Below, piece after piece: positions 9,804 through 20,500 of a stretch of 64,000 nucleotides of DNA. This DNA comes from Rikenellaceae bacterium (GTDB lineage: Bacteria > Bacteroidota > Bacteroidia > Bacteroidales > Rikenellaceae): assembly GCA_017379895.1 (NCBI GenBank), contig JAFNVH010000078.1, positions 142 to 64,141 on the forward strand, read 5' to 3'. The notes under the pieces were generated by a model. That model did not search any database. It worked only from the letters and a program-made list of their open reading frames with translations, and was not told where the DNA came from. Each line of letters starts with the position of its first letter. Within the stretch, counting starts at the first letter, position 1. Both the position numbers and the translations under genes were made by a program.

Positions 9804-10271
9804 ATGGTAAACGATAATAAGACACAAGAGGTTCGCGCCATTGAGAATGGCACGGTAATCGACCACATTCCGTCGGATCAGCTATTCAAGATTATCCACA
9901 TTATGCAGCTCGATCGTGCACCGCAGCGCATCACGTTCGGTCTGAATCTCGAAAGCAAGCGTATGGGTACCAAAGCGATTATCAAGATTGCAGATCGCTA
10001 CTGTCTGGATAAGGAGATCAACCGCATTGCGCTCTTTGCGCCGATGGCGATGGTCAACACTATCAAGGATTTCGAGGTTATCGAGAAGCGCAAGGTGACA
10101 GTTCCGGAGCGTATGGAGGGTTTTGTTCGTTGCGCTAATCCCAAGTGCATCACCAACAACGAGCCCGTGCGTACTGCCTTTGATGTACTGAACCACGACG
10201 GCAAGATTTCGTTACGTTGCCGCTACTGCGAGAAGGTAACCCCTCAGTCGCAGATGGAACTGATTAAATAA
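9804..10271 (+). CDS. pyrI: aspartate carbamoyltransferase regulatory subunit
   Basis: Contains [10 protein letters not shown] plus a C-terminal Zn-binding cluster CxxxxC...CxYC. It lies immediately downstream of pyrB. Confidence 0.9.
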   Translation: MVNDNKTQEVRAIENGTVIDHIPSDQLFKIIHIMQLDRAPQRITFGLNLESKRMGTKAIIKIADRYCLDKEINRIALFAPMAMVNTIKDFEVIEKRKVTVPERMEGFVRCANPKCITNNEPVRTAFDVLNHDGKISLRCRYCEKVTPQSQMELIK

Positions 10272-10277
10272 AACCGA

Positions 10278-13073
10278 ATGACTGACGAAAAGCAACAGAT
10301 TACGATTCGTGGAGCGAGAGTGCATAACCTTAAAAACATCTCGCTCACGATTCCGCATAACAAGTTAGTGGTAGTTACCGGACTCTCGGGGTCGGGTAAG
10401 TCCACTTTGGCCTTCGACACAATTTTTGCCGAGGGTCAGCGTCGTTATGTCGAGAGTCTGTCGGCTTATGCTCGTCAGTTTTTGGGTCGTATTGAGAAGC
10501 CCGATGTCGATATGATCTCGGGTATCGCACCCGCTATCGCTATTGAGCAAAAGGTTTCGACCAAAAATCCGCGCTCGACGGTCGGCACAACAACCGAAAT
10601 TTACGACTACCTCAAACTACTGTTCGCTCGCATTGGACACACATTCTCGCCCATTTCGGGACGCGAAGTAGTTAGCTATCAGCCTGAACAAGTGGTCAAT
10701 GAGGCTATTGAGCGCTGGTCGGGCAGTCGAGTGATGGTGGCCGCGCCGTTGGTACTTACCGAGGGGCAAGGCGTCATCGAGCAGCTTACGGTGCTGTTCG
10801 GCGAGGGTATTTTGCGAATCTATCGCAATGGGCAAACCTCACTTATTGAGGACATTATAAAAGATATTTCAAGCGATGAAACGGCCGATGGCATTTCAAT
10901 AGTGGTGGATCGTGCCCGCCTGAGCGACGACGAGGAGCAGGGTAGTCGCCTGCGTGACGCCGTTGCGCGAGCCTACGAATTGGGTGGCGGCGTTTGTCGT
11001 ATCATTGTGCTTGGCGATGAGCAGAACGAGGTAGTCGAATACTCATCGCGCCTCGAATTGGACGGAATAACCTTCGAGGAGCCTACCGAGCATCTTTTCA
11101 GTTTCAACAATCCGATAGGTGCCTGCCCGCGTTGTGAGGGGTATGGCAAGGTAGTCGGTATTGACGAGGATCTGGTCGTGCCCGACAAGAGCCGCTCGAT
11201 TTTCGAGGATGCGATTGCGTGTTGGAAGGGACAGACGATGAAGTGGTGGAAGGAGCAGTTAGTCAATAACGCTTACAAATTCGACTTCCCGATTCATACA
11301 CCATATCACGACCTTACACGCGAGCAGAAACAACTACTGTGGCGCGGTAACGAATTCTTCCACGGCTTGGACGAATTCTTCCAATATATTGACGGCGAGC
11401 GGTATAAGATTCAATTCCGAGTGATGAAGGCTCGCTATACGGGTAAAACACTATGCTCGGAGTGTGGCGGTAGCCGCCTGCGCCAAGAGGCTCTCTATGT
11501 GCGCGTTGGAGGTCGAACAATTGCCGATTTGGTAACGATGACAGTCGACGAGTTGGTCTATTTCTTCGCAACGATAGAGCTCGACGATTATGACAAGGCA
11601 ACTTCGGAGCGCATTATGGTCGAGATTCGCAATCGCTTGCGCTATTTGACCGATGTTGGTTTGGGCTATTTGACACTCGACCGTCTATCGTCGACGCTGT
11701 CGGGTGGCGAGAGTCAGCGTATCAACCTCTCGACGTCGTTGGGCAGTTCGCTGGTCGGATCGCTCTATATTTTGGACGAGCCAAGCATCGGTCTGCACCC
11801 GCGCGATACGCACCGACTGATCGGTGTTTTGAAGCAGTTGCGCGATTTGGGCAACACGGTCATTGTGGTCGAGCACGAGGAGGAGGTTATTCGCGCGGCG
11901 GATTACATCGTCGATATCGGACCGCGAGCAGGTGAGTTAGGCGGTCGAGTGGTCTTCAACGGTCCTCTTGACAAATTGCTGAATGAGCCGAGCGAGAGCC
12001 TGACGGCGGATTACCTCACGGGACGTCGCTCGATAGCGGCACCGCAGTCGTTCCGCAGTGCGGGTGGTCACATCACGATTCGTGGCGCACGTGAGAACAA
12101 TCTAAAAGGCATCGACGTAAAGATTCCGCTCGGTGTAATGACTTGTATTACAGGCGTTAGCGGCAGCGGCAAGTCGTCGTTTGTCAAGGGTATCCTATAT
12201 CCCGCCCTGCGACGCCAGCTGACCGAAACAGGATTGAAACCCGGTGATTTCGAATCAATTGAAGGCGATTTGAGCCTGCTTTCGTCAGTCGAGCTGGTCG
12301 ATCAGAATCCGATCGGCAAATCGTCGCGCTCGAATCCCGTTACATATATCAAAGCATACGACGAAATTCGCCGTCTATATGCCGACCAAGCCTATGCCAA
12401 GCACAACGGAATGGGGCCATCGCACTTCTCGTTCAACATCGCGGGCGGGCGTTGCGAGGAGTGCCAGGGCGATGGCGTGATCAAGGTGTCGATGCAGTTT
12501 ATGGCCGACATCGAATTGAAGTGCGAGGCGTGTGGCGGACGACGTTTCAAAGATGACGTTTTGGAGGTACGCTGGCACGAGAAGTCTATCTACGATGTAT
12601 TGGAGATGACCATCGACGAGGCGATCGAGTTCTTCGGTGCAGGCACTGAAAGCATCTGCCGACGCATCGTTGAGCGACTGCAACCATTGCAGGACGTCGG
12701 TTTAGGATATATCAAGCTCGGACAATCGTCATCTACGCTATCGGGCGGTGAGAGTCAGCGCGTTAAGTTGGCTTCGTATATGTTGCGCGAGAATAGCGCA
12801 GGACGAGTGATGTTTATCTTCGACGAGCCTACGACAGGCCTGCACTTCCACGACATCAATAAGCTACTCGCGGCGTTCGATGCACTAATCGAGCGCGGCC
12901 ACTCGGTGGTAATCGTCGAGCATAATATGGACGTGATCAAGTGCGCCGATTGGGTGATTGATCTCGGACCAGAGGCAGGCGATCGTGGTGGCGAGATTGT
13001 ATTCGAGGGCACACCGCGCGACCTGCAACAATGCGAAAGGAGTTACACGGGTCAATTCCTCACCAAACATTAA
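10278..13073 (+). CDS. uvrA: excinuclease ABC subunit A
   Basis: Two ABC ATPase modules (GLSGSGKST and GVSGSGKSS), two LSGGE signatures and the zinc-finger cysteines. The product is 931 aa. Confidence 0.95.
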   Translation: MTDEKQQITIRGARVHNLKNISLTIPHNKLVVVTGLSGSGKSTLAFDTIFAEGQRRYVESLSAYARQFLGRIEKPDVDMISGIAPAIAIEQKVSTKNPRSTVGTTTEIYDYLKLLFARIGHTFSPISGREVVSYQPEQVVNEAIERWSGSRVMVAAPLVLTEGQGVIEQLTVLFGEGILRIYRNGQTSLIEDIIKDISSDETADGISIVVDRARLSDDEEQGSRLRDAVARAYELGGGVCRIIVLGDEQNEVVEYSSRLELDGITFEEPTEHLFSFNNPIGACPRCEGYGKVVGIDEDLVVPDKSRSIFEDAIACWKGQTMKWWKEQLVNNAYKFDFPIHTPYHDLTREQKQLLWRGNEFFHGLDEFFQYIDGERYKIQFRVMKARYTGKTLCSECGGSRLRQEALYVRVGGRTIADLVTMTVDELVYFFATIELDDYDKATSERIMVEIRNRLRYLTDVGLGYLTLDRLSSTLSGGESQRINLSTSLGSSLVGSLYILDEPSIGLHPRDTHRLIGVLKQLRDLGNTVIVVEHEEEVIRAADYIVDIGPRAGELGGRVVFNGPLDKLLNEPSESLTADYLTGRRSIAAPQSFRSAGGHITIRGARENNLKGIDVKIPLGVMTCITGVSGSGKSSFVKGILYPALRRQLTETGLKPGDFESIEGDLSLLSSVELVDQNPIGKSSRSNPVTYIKAYDEIRRLYADQAYAKHNGMGPSHFSFNIAGGRCEECQGDGVIKVSMQFMADIELKCEACGGRRFKDDVLEVRWHEKSIYDVLEMTIDEAIEFFGAGTESICRRIVERLQPLQDVGLGYIKLGQSSSTLSGGESQRVKLASYMLRENSAGRVMFIFDEPTTGLHFHDINKLLAAFDALIERGHSVVIVEHNMDVIKCADWVIDLGPEAGDRGGEIVFEGTPRDLQQCERSYTGQFLTKH

Positions 13074-13078
13074 CATTG

Positions 13079-14296
13079 ATGGAGAAATTTTACACATATA
13101 CGCTACCCAACGGAATTCGCGGTATTCATCGTGCCGTGCGCTCCGACGTAGCCTACTGCGCACTGATTATCAATGCAGGTACGCGCGACGAGCTTGGCGA
13201 TGAGCACGGCTTGGCGCACTTCACCGAGCACGCGCTGTTCAAGGGCACAGAGCACCGTCGAGCATACCACATCAATTGCCGATTGGAGAATCTGGGTGGC
13301 GAATTGAACGCCTATACTACCAAGGAGGAGACAGCTATTCACGCCACCGTATTGCGTCGCGACATCGCAAAGGCGGCCGAATTGATTGCCGACATCGCGT
13401 TCCATTCGACCTTCCCTGAGAAAGAGTTGGTGCGCGAGCGCGAGGTAGTGGCCGACGAGATCAACTCGTACAAAGATTCGCCTGCCGATATGATCTACGA
13501 CACGTTCGAGGATATGATCTTCGAGGGTTCGCAGCTGGGGCACAACATTTTAGGTCGTAAGACGGCGCTCAAACACTACAACACGGAGCGAATCAAGCGT
13601 TTTGTCACTCGCACACATACCACCGACCAAATGGTCTTTGCGACGGTGGGCAACATCTCGGATCGCCGCATACGCGAAATTGCCGAGCGATATTTTGCTC
13701 ACGTACCTGCCTCGAATCGTTCGTTCGAGCGCATTGCTCCTGCTCCATTCGAGCCGTTCGAGAAGAGTGTCAGTAAACACTTACACCAAGCACATTGCAT
13801 TATCGGCAATCGCGCCTATTCGCTCAATGACAAGCGCCGACTGCCGTTAGCACTGCTGATTAATACGTTGGGCGGCCCGTGTGCAAATTCGTTACTAAAT
13901 ATAGCTGTGCGCGAGCGTAATGGATTGACTTACAACATTGAAGCAACTTACACTCCATATACCGACACAGGTGCAACGAGCATCTATTTCAGTTCGGATC
14001 GTGACAAGATTGAGCGTTGCCGCGAGTTGGTGGCCGAGCAGATTGACACGCTATGCCGTGAATCGCTCACCGCGCGTCAATTAGCTATCGCCAAAAAGCA
14101 ATATATGGGACAGATGGCCATAGCAATGGAGAGCCGCGAAGCATATATGCTCGGTAACGGCAAGAGTTTTTTGATTTACAACGAAATAGAGCCCGTCGAG
14201 AAGGTTTACGAGCGCATCAACGCCATCACGCGCGACCAGATCGCCGAGATCGCAAACGACATTTTCGGCAGGACCTCGACACTTATATATAAATAG
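13079..14296 (+). CDS. M16-family (insulinase-like) zinc peptidase
   Basis: Contains the inverted zincin motif HFTEH at the expected N-terminal position. I moved the start to the ATG at 13079 (MEKFYTYTLPNG), just after the uvrA stop at 13071-13073. The track's start at 13031 overlaps uvrA. Confidence 0.8.
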   Translation: MEKFYTYTLPNGIRGIHRAVRSDVAYCALIINAGTRDELGDEHGLAHFTEHALFKGTEHRRAYHINCRLENLGGELNAYTTKEETAIHATVLRRDIAKAAELIADIAFHSTFPEKELVREREVVADEINSYKDSPADMIYDTFEDMIFEGSQLGHNILGRKTALKHYNTERIKRFVTRTHTTDQMVFATVGNISDRRIREIAERYFAHVPASNRSFERIAPAPFEPFEKSVSKHLHQAHCIIGNRAYSLNDKRRLPLALLINTLGGPCANSLLNIAVRERNGLTYNIEATYTPYTDTGATSIYFSSDRDKIERCRELVAEQIDTLCRESLTARQLAIAKKQYMGQMAIAMESREAYMLGNGKSFLIYNEIEPVEKVYERINAITRDQIAEIANDIFGRTSTLIYK

Positions 14297-14298
14297 GA

Positions 14299-14946
14299 AT
14301 GGATCCATTAGAGAGATACATACACGAACTTTCGTCGCCCGAAGAGGCTCTGCTACACGAGCTCGATCGACAGACCAACCTGCGGATTATGCACCCGCGT
14401 ATGATTTCTGGGCATATTCAGGGACGTTTGTTGCGTATGATTGTGCAGATATTGCGCCCGAAGTCGGTGCTCGAGATCGGCACCTTCACAGGCTACTCGG
14501 CGCTCAGCATGGCTGCAGGATTGGAAGCTGACGCAACGATCGACACCGTAGAGGTCGATGACGAATTGGAGCCGATGGCTCAGGAGTTCTTCGATCGCTC
14601 GGAGCACGGATCGAAAATCAAACTGCATATCGGCTCGGCCCTCGAAATTGCGCCTACGCTCGGCAAGCAGTTCGATCTGGTCTTCATCGACGGTGACAAG
14701 CGCGAATATCCCGCTTATTATCGAATGTTGATGGGTGACAATGGGGGAGAGCAGCTTGTTCACAGCGGGTCGATACTCTTGGCAGACAATATCTTATGGT
14801 ATGGCAAAGTGGTCGAAAAGGTCGCTCACAACGACCATCAAACACAGGGCATATTGGAGTTCAACCGTATGGTGCGCGATGATGACCGCGTCGAAAGTTT
14901 TATCCTCCCGCTGCGCGATGGATTGAATATGATAAGAGTTAAATAA
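14299..14946 (+). CDS. class I SAM-dependent O-methyltransferase (Methyltransf_3 / caffeoyl-CoA OMT-like)
   Basis: Contains VLEIGTFTGYSAL and DLVFIDGDKREY. Confidence 0.8.
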   Translation: MDPLERYIHELSSPEEALLHELDRQTNLRIMHPRMISGHIQGRLLRMIVQILRPKSVLEIGTFTGYSALSMAAGLEADATIDTVEVDDELEPMAQEFFDRSEHGSKIKLHIGSALEIAPTLGKQFDLVFIDGDKREYPAYYRMLMGDNGGEQLVHSGSILLADNILWYGKVVEKVAHNDHQTQGILEFNRMVRDDDRVESFILPLRDGLNMIRVK

Positions 14947-14981
14947 AATTATATCACTAACCAATTAAAAAACAAACAACT

Positions 14982-16451
14982 ATGAAACTCAAATCGTTAA
15001 TTTTGGCAGTTGCGGCTTTGGCATTTGTTGCTCAGGCACAGGCACAGCAGCACCCCAAGCGTGAGTTCCGCGGTGCGTGGATTCACACCGTTCATCAGAA
15101 GCAGTATGCTGCGATGACCTCGGAGCAGACTCAGGCCTACCTGATCAACATCGTCGACTCGCTCCAACTGGCAGGTATCAACGCTATTCTGTGGCAGATC
15201 CGCCCCTCGGCTGACGCTCTCTATCCTTCGGAGTTGGAGCCTTGGAGCCGCTATTTGACCGGCACCGCAGGTAAAGCCCCCGATCCGATGTGGGACCCTC
15301 TGCAGTTTATGATCGACGAGTGTCACAAGCGCAATATCGAGCTCCACGCGTGGATCAACCCCTATCGCGTTACGACGGTTAAGACCGACGAACTGCCCGA
15401 AAACCATATCTATTACAAGCACCCCGAGTGGTTTGTTCGCTATGGCCAGCAGATTCTGTTCGATCCGGGTCTGCCCGAGTGCCGCGACTTCATCACCAAG
15501 GTTGTTCGCGACATCGTAACCCGCTACGACGTTGATGCAATCCATATGGATGACTATTTCTATCCCTATCCCGTTAAGGATGAGGAGTTCCCCGATGAGA
15601 AGAGCTACGCAAAGTATGGCAACGGCATGAAGTTGGACGACTGGCGTCGCCACAATGTAGACCTGCTGATCGAGCAGCTGCACTACGATATGCGCGCTAC
15701 GAAGCCTTGGGTACGCTTGGGTATCAGCCCCTTCTGCGTATGGCGTAACCAGAAGAACGATCCTCGCGGTAGCCGCACCAATGCTTTCGAGAATTACAGT
15801 GGTCTGTTCTCGGACGTAATCCTTTGGACCGAGAAAGGTTGGGTTGACTATATGCTGCCTCAGCTCTACCTGCGCCTCGACCACAAGACTGCAAGCTACG
15901 ACATACTGGCTCGTTGGTGGAACGAGAACACCTTCGGTCGCCATATGTACTATGGTCTGAGTGTTAACTCGGCTGTGAAGGCTCCCGACCTCTGCGAAGG
16001 CACCAACCAGTTCACCCGTATGATCGAAATGAGCCGCTATTTGGACAATGTTCACGGTACCTGTATGTGGCCCGCTTATCCCATCGTTAGCAACTACAAC
16101 GGTGCAGGCGACCAACTGATCAATGTTGAGCACTCGCGTCCCGCAGTGATTCCCGCATACGACTTTATCGACGCCGTAGCACCCGCTAAGGTTAAGAGCT
16201 TGAAGGCTAACGAGGGTAAGCTGACCTGGAAGCGCATTGCAACCAAAGACCCTATGCAGGAGCAGATCTACTTCGTTGTATATCACTTCGCTAAGGGCGA
16301 GAAGGTTGACGTAAATGCAGGTAACCACATCGTTACTACGACCCGTTCGACCGAGTTCACTCTGCCTGCTAAGGCTGAGGGTACTTACGTTGTAACAGCT
16401 ATGGACCGCTGCCACAACGAGAGCGAGGCTGTTGCTGTGACTATCAAGTAA
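14982..16451 (+). CDS. glycoside-hydrolase-like family 10 (GHL10 / DUF187) secreted protein
   Basis: A signal peptide is followed by the REFRGAWIHTV opening typical of GHL10/YngK-like proteins. Confidence 0.6.
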   Translation: MKLKSLILAVAALAFVAQAQAQQHPKREFRGAWIHTVHQKQYAAMTSEQTQAYLINIVDSLQLAGINAILWQIRPSADALYPSELEPWSRYLTGTAGKAPDPMWDPLQFMIDECHKRNIELHAWINPYRVTTVKTDELPENHIYYKHPEWFVRYGQQILFDPGLPECRDFITKVVRDIVTRYDVDAIHMDDYFYPYPVKDEEFPDEKSYAKYGNGMKLDDWRRHNVDLLIEQLHYDMRATKPWVRLGISPFCVWRNQKNDPRGSRTNAFENYSGLFSDVILWTEKGWVDYMLPQLYLRLDHKTASYDILARWWNENTFGRHMYYGLSVNSAVKAPDLCEGTNQFTRMIEMSRYLDNVHGTCMWPAYPIVSNYNGAGDQLINVEHSRPAVIPAYDFIDAVAPAKVKSLKANEGKLTWKRIATKDPMQEQIYFVVYHFAKGEKVDVNAGNHIVTTTRSTEFTLPAKAEGTYVVTAMDRCHNESEAVAVTIK

Positions 16452-16474
16452 GTAGTTCGTAACAACACACCAAT

Positions 16475-16509
16475 AAAAAACACCGAGGGACTATTCCTCG
16501 GTGTTTTTT
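16475..16509. terminator. bidirectional terminator between convergent genes
   Basis: AAAAAACACCGAGG / CCTCGGTGTTTTTT form perfect arms with A/T runs on both sides. Confidence 0.8.
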
Positions 16510-16525
16510 ATTACGGCTTTGGTAA

Positions 16526-18397
16526 TTAGTACTTCAAGCAGGTTACTCGGCCATCCATCGTCATCACAACCAATCGGCGATCCGGCAACGCATTGAACGA
16601 AGTCACGGCTGCATTCGACACCTTATACGACCAAGCAACGCCGCTACCGTCGATATGCACCGCGTGGACAACACCATACTCGGTCGGCACAAACAACAGC
16701 CCGTCAGCCTCGACCATACGCGTAGGAACAATACTGAACTCGTAAGGCATCTGCAACTCCCAGCGCTTCTCGTATTTCGCATTCTCGATGTTGAGTGCCG
16801 TGATCGTGGTTTTATCCATACCTTTGATATACAGCGTCTTCATATCCGCCGAATAGCCAACAGACTCACGACCTTTCGGCTCGTCTGACGCCCAAGCGAC
16901 CTCGCCCGTAGCGCGATCAAATGCACGAGTGAATTTGTCGGTTGCCTGCACAACCACGTGATCGCCAATCACCTCGGGCCAACAAGCCGCAGGCGAGAAA
17001 TAGCGCCCCAGACCCGTATCAAACTCCCAGACCTTAGCCCCTGTTGCGCGATCGAGTGCATAGAACTTAGCGCCCCACGTACCAACATAAACTCGTTTCG
17101 AATCAACCGCTGCTCGTGCCTCAATGTAGCCCTCCAAGCCATCGGCAACCCAAATCGGTTCACCGCGTTTCATTGTCAGTGCGTGAAAACGACCATTCGA
17201 ACCACCTATATATACTATATCATCGACAACATTGGGGCTCGCCACAATCGGATAACCCGTATCGAACTTCCAAATGCAACGACCATTTCGCAGATTGAGG
17301 CGATAGACGCAACCATCTGTCGATGCCACAACGACCGATCGACCCTCGACAAACGGTGTTCCAAAGATCTTGTTCCCCGTCTGGAAACTCCACTCGACGC
17401 CACTCGTCTTAGCATTGAGAGCATATACCACACCCTTAGTGTTGGCATAGATCACCAACTTATCGGTAGCCGCACCCTGAGCCGCTACATCCGCCACATC
17501 GAGATGCTGCCAGTGAACTGTAACGACGCTATTCTGCGCATTGACCGTATAGTCATTAGTCTTGGGATCAATATCCTTATCTGCCAACTTGACCGAAGTG
17601 TCGTATTTCTGATGTCGCATCTCGATCGTAGCCCACGCCGGTTTGGTTTCGGCCTTGATGATACGCTCGCTGACCACAAACTGATTATCCTTAATCTCGA
17701 CAATATTATAACCACCTATCGGATCGCTGCGGCGGAGTGTCGAACGCCCCATAACCGACGGAATACCAGCCGCATCATAGGCACGATTGACGTGAATATG
17801 GCCGCAGATGGTTGCCTGCACATTGCAGCGCTTGATAATGTCAATCACCTCGCCACTATTCGACAAGCCTTCGTCCAACGGGAAATGATTTACGAAAATC
17901 ACAGGCTGCATCGGTGGGGTGGCTCGCACCACCGAATCCAACCAAACGATCTCTTCGCGAGGCACATAGGGAGGTCCCATACGCAACATCGGTCCCGAAC
18001 TGATACCGATAAAGCGCACTCCCGCCACGTCGTATATGAAATGTTGGTCGCCACAAATCTCGCCGAAAAGCGTACAACCATTTTCGCTCCAATTGACATC
18101 GTGATTGCCGGGAACAAATAGGCAGGGACGCTCAAAAAGGTCGATCATCTTACGCAACAAATCGAATTCGCTTGCATCGCCAAACTCAGTCAAGTCACCC
18201 GTCAAAATCGAGAACTCGATCGTCGGATCAGCATTAATATCCTCGATTGCCTGACGGAAATCATCTTCGGCCGAGGCATATGCTCCCAAATGGATATCGG
18301 ATAACCACGCAAAACGAATTGGTCGATCGCCACCCTGAGCCAACGCAAAATAGGGCAAGAGCAGGGTAGCTGCTATTAAAAATAGGTTTCTTCGCAT
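16526..18397 (-). CDS. secreted metallophosphoesterase fused to a PQQ-like beta-propeller
   Basis: The N-terminal half has calcineurin-like phosphoesterase motifs (LSDIHLG, GDLTEFGD, GNHD, GHIH). The C-terminal ~330 aa consists of repeated 'W.f.tg..i.sspvv.dg.vy.g' blades. Confidence 0.7.
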   Translation of the reverse strand: MRRNLFLIAATLLLPYFALAQGGDRPIRFAWLSDIHLGAYASAEDDFRQAIEDINADPTIEFSILTGDLTEFGDASEFDLLRKMIDLFERPCLFVPGNHDVNWSENGCTLFGEICGDQHFIYDVAGVRFIGISSGPMLRMGPPYVPREEIVWLDSVVRATPPMQPVIFVNHFPLDEGLSNSGEVIDIIKRCNVQATICGHIHVNRAYDAAGIPSVMGRSTLRRSDPIGGYNIVEIKDNQFVVSERIIKAETKPAWATIEMRHQKYDTSVKLADKDIDPKTNDYTVNAQNSVVTVHWQHLDVADVAAQGAATDKLVIYANTKGVVYALNAKTSGVEWSFQTGNKIFGTPFVEGRSVVVASTDGCVYRLNLRNGRCIWKFDTGYPIVASPNVVDDIVYIGGSNGRFHALTMKRGEPIWVADGLEGYIEARAAVDSKRVYVGTWGAKFYALDRATGAKVWEFDTGLGRYFSPAACWPEVIGDHVVVQATDKFTRAFDRATGEVAWASDEPKGRESVGYSADMKTLYIKGMDKTTITALNIENAKYEKRWELQMPYEFSIVPTRMVEADGLLFVPTEYGVVHAVHIDGSGVAWSYKVSNAAVTSFNALPDRRLVVMTMDGRVTCLKY

Positions 18398-18450
18398 TTT
18401 AGTTATAGTATTTTAGTACGTTGTGTGGCTCAAAATTACACAAAATAACC

Positions 18451-18491
18451 AACAATAAAAATAGCGTCCGCCACTTTTATGGCGAACGCTA
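18451..18491 (-). terminator. rho-independent terminator after the phosphoglucomutase gene
   Basis: A 12-bp stem (one mismatch), TAGCGTCCGCCA / TGGCGAACGCTA, is followed on the - strand by TTTTTATT. Confidence 0.65.
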
Positions 18492-18518
18492 CTACAAAAT
18501 CTTATGCAAGAATCGCTC

Positions 18519-20258
18519 TTAGATCAGATTCAGTTCCTTCTTGATTGCCTCGATCTTAGCGTCAAGCTCAGCCTGTACCTCGTCGAAACGTGCGGTGCAG
18601 CACAACGGAGCGCAAACACCAAAGTAGAACTTGATCTTAGGCTCGGTACCCGACGGACGAACCGATACCTTCGAGCCGTCCTCGGTGAAGAACTGCAATA
18701 CGTTGCTCTTATCCTGCTCGATAGGAGTCTTGGTACCCGTTACAACGTCGGTCTCCTCCAACGACAAGAAATCGTTGATCTTCACTACGGGAGAACCCAA
18801 AATGGTCTTGGGAGGATTGGTGCGCATATCGATCATCATCTTCTGGATCTCCTCAGCGCCTTCCTTACCCTTGCGAACAACCGACACCAGACCCTCGCGG
18901 TAGAAACCATACTTCACGTAGAGTTCCTTCAACCACTCATGCAGCGTCAGACCCTTCTCCTTAGCCCAAGCCATAGCCTCAGCAGCCAATGCGCAAGCGC
19001 TCACTGCATCCTTATCGCGAACGAAGTCACCAGCCAAGAAGCCGAAGCTCTCCTCGCCACCACCGATATAGGTAGTCTTACCCTCATTCTCGCGGATAAT
19101 CTTTGCGATATACTTGAAACCGGTCAAACAGTCGTAGCACTTAACACCATAAGCATCAGCAACTGCCTTAACCATCTCCGAAGTTACGATAGTCTTAATG
19201 ACGAACTGCTTACCGTCGAGCTTACCAAGCTCACCCCAACGAGTCAGCATATAGCTGAGCAGGAGCACCATAGTCTGGTTACCGTTGAGCAGTACATACT
19301 CGCCCTTGTCGTCCAGAACTGCAATAGCGATACGATCAGCATCGGGGTCGGTTGCGATAACCAACTCTGCACCCTCCTTGCGAGCCAGCTCGATAGCCAT
19401 ACTCATCGTAGCGCGCTCCTCGGGATTGGGCGATGCAACAGTGGGGAAGTTTCCGTCAACAACGCTCTGCTCCTCGACCATAATAATATTGGTAAAGCCA
19501 AAGTTGCGCAACGACGCGGGAACCAACTTCACACCTGCGCCGTGCATAGGCGAGTAAACGATCTTCATATCGTGATTCTTGGCAACAGCCTCGGGTGCCA
19601 TCGACAGACCCTTGATGCGAGCCAGATAGATATCGTCAAACTCCTTACCCAAAATAGTGATGTTCTCGGGGTTCTTGCCCAGCTCGATCTGATCGATCGA
19701 AGTGATCTTCTCAACCTCGGCAATAATATTCTTATCGTGCGGGGGAGTTACCTGTGCGCCATCAGCCCAATAAGCCTTGTAACCGTTGTATTCTTTGGGA
19801 TTGTGCGATGCCGTTACAACAACACCACTCTGGCAGCCCAATTCGCGAATTGCGAAGCTCAATTCGGGGGTCGGACGGAGCTCATCAAACAGGTAAACTT
19901 TGAAGCCATTCGAGGCGAAAATATCAGCTACGCGCTCAGCAAAAAAGCGCGAATTGTTACGCGAGTCGTGAGCCACCGCAACCTTAACTTCCTGACCTGC
20001 AAAACACTCTTTCAGGTAGTTCGACAGACCCTGAGTTGCCATACCTACGGTGTACTCGTTCATACGGTTCGAACCCACGCCCATAATGCCACGCAGACCA
20101 CCCGTACCGAACTCCAAATCCTTATAGAAGCACTCGGTCAGCTCCTTTTTATCATTGTTAATCAGATAGTTAACCTGCGCTTTGGTAGCCTCATCATAGT
20201 TACCTTCGAGCCACTTCTGCGCTTTACTCATAACGAGTTGTTCGAGATTGTTGTCCAT
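18519..20258 (-). CDS. phosphoglucomutase / phospho-sugar mutase
   Basis: Contains the active-site TASHNPKEYNGYK and the Mg-binding ATDPDADR. The product is 579 aa. Confidence 0.85.
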   Translation of the reverse strand: MDNNLEQLVMSKAQKWLEGNYDEATKAQVNYLINNDKKELTECFYKDLEFGTGGLRGIMGVGSNRMNEYTVGMATQGLSNYLKECFAGQEVKVAVAHDSRNNSRFFAERVADIFASNGFKVYLFDELRPTPELSFAIRELGCQSGVVVTASHNPKEYNGYKAYWADGAQVTPPHDKNIIAEVEKITSIDQIELGKNPENITILGKEFDDIYLARIKGLSMAPEAVAKNHDMKIVYSPMHGAGVKLVPASLRNFGFTNIIMVEEQSVVDGNFPTVASPNPEERATMSMAIELARKEGAELVIATDPDADRIAIAVLDDKGEYVLLNGNQTMVLLLSYMLTRWGELGKLDGKQFVIKTIVTSEMVKAVADAYGVKCYDCLTGFKYIAKIIRENEGKTTYIGGGEESFGFLAGDFVRDKDAVSACALAAEAMAWAKEKGLTLHEWLKELYVKYGFYREGLVSVVRKGKEGAEEIQKMMIDMRTNPPKTILGSPVVKINDFLSLEETDVVTGTKTPIEQDKSNVLQFFTEDGSKVSVRPSGTEPKIKFYFGVCAPLCCTARFDEVQAELDAKIEAIKKELNLI

Positions 20259-20500
20259 AGTGTGATTAGTTTTATTTATAATTTACGATTTCACCAAGTA
20301 AAAATATTATATAGACAAAGGTAAGAAAAATTATCCAATATTCATAATCAGACGATTAAATATCTTCGCTTTTTTCTGCGTTTTTTAGCCATAAGATAAA
20401 AAAGTTAAAAAGCAACTATTGGCGCATTTTTTTTTACACAATTTTATCACAACCTTTGTAGTGTCAAAATAGGAAACGAAACAACCCTTAAATCACAAAA

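Noticed and set aside
13031-13078. N-terminal extensions in the ORF track that use upstream or non-ATG starts: 13031 (overlaps uvrA), 27415 (GTG), 29574 (TTG), 39262 (GTG) and 51573 (non-ATG).
   Set aside because: In each case an ATG a few codons downstream gives the conserved N-terminus, removes the overlap with the upstream gene, or lies downstream of the predicted promoter. I adjusted the coordinates accordingly. murI (TTG at 61237) is kept because no in-frame ATG exists near its conserved N-terminus.
14997-16415. Very long antisense or overlapping ORFs opposite well-supported genes. Examples: 14997..16415 -, 18504..20324 +, 58740..60845 -, 57546..58583 -, 7329..8417 -, 16958..18121 +, 43351..44343 -, 39977..40741 -, 41512..42891 +, 55372..56310 -, 53517..54413 -, 62266..63186 -.
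   Set aside because: These are shadow ORFs, typical of GC3-rich coding DNA. Their products are low-complexity, with no motifs. In every case the opposite-strand gene has unambiguous conserved motifs.
20259-20500. Calling the AT-rich pgm-dnaA intergenic region oriC.
   Set aside because: It has only two degenerate DnaA-box-like 9-mers (6-7 of 9 matches) and no clustered boxes. I cannot support an origin call without a GC-skew or box-density analysis of the whole genome.
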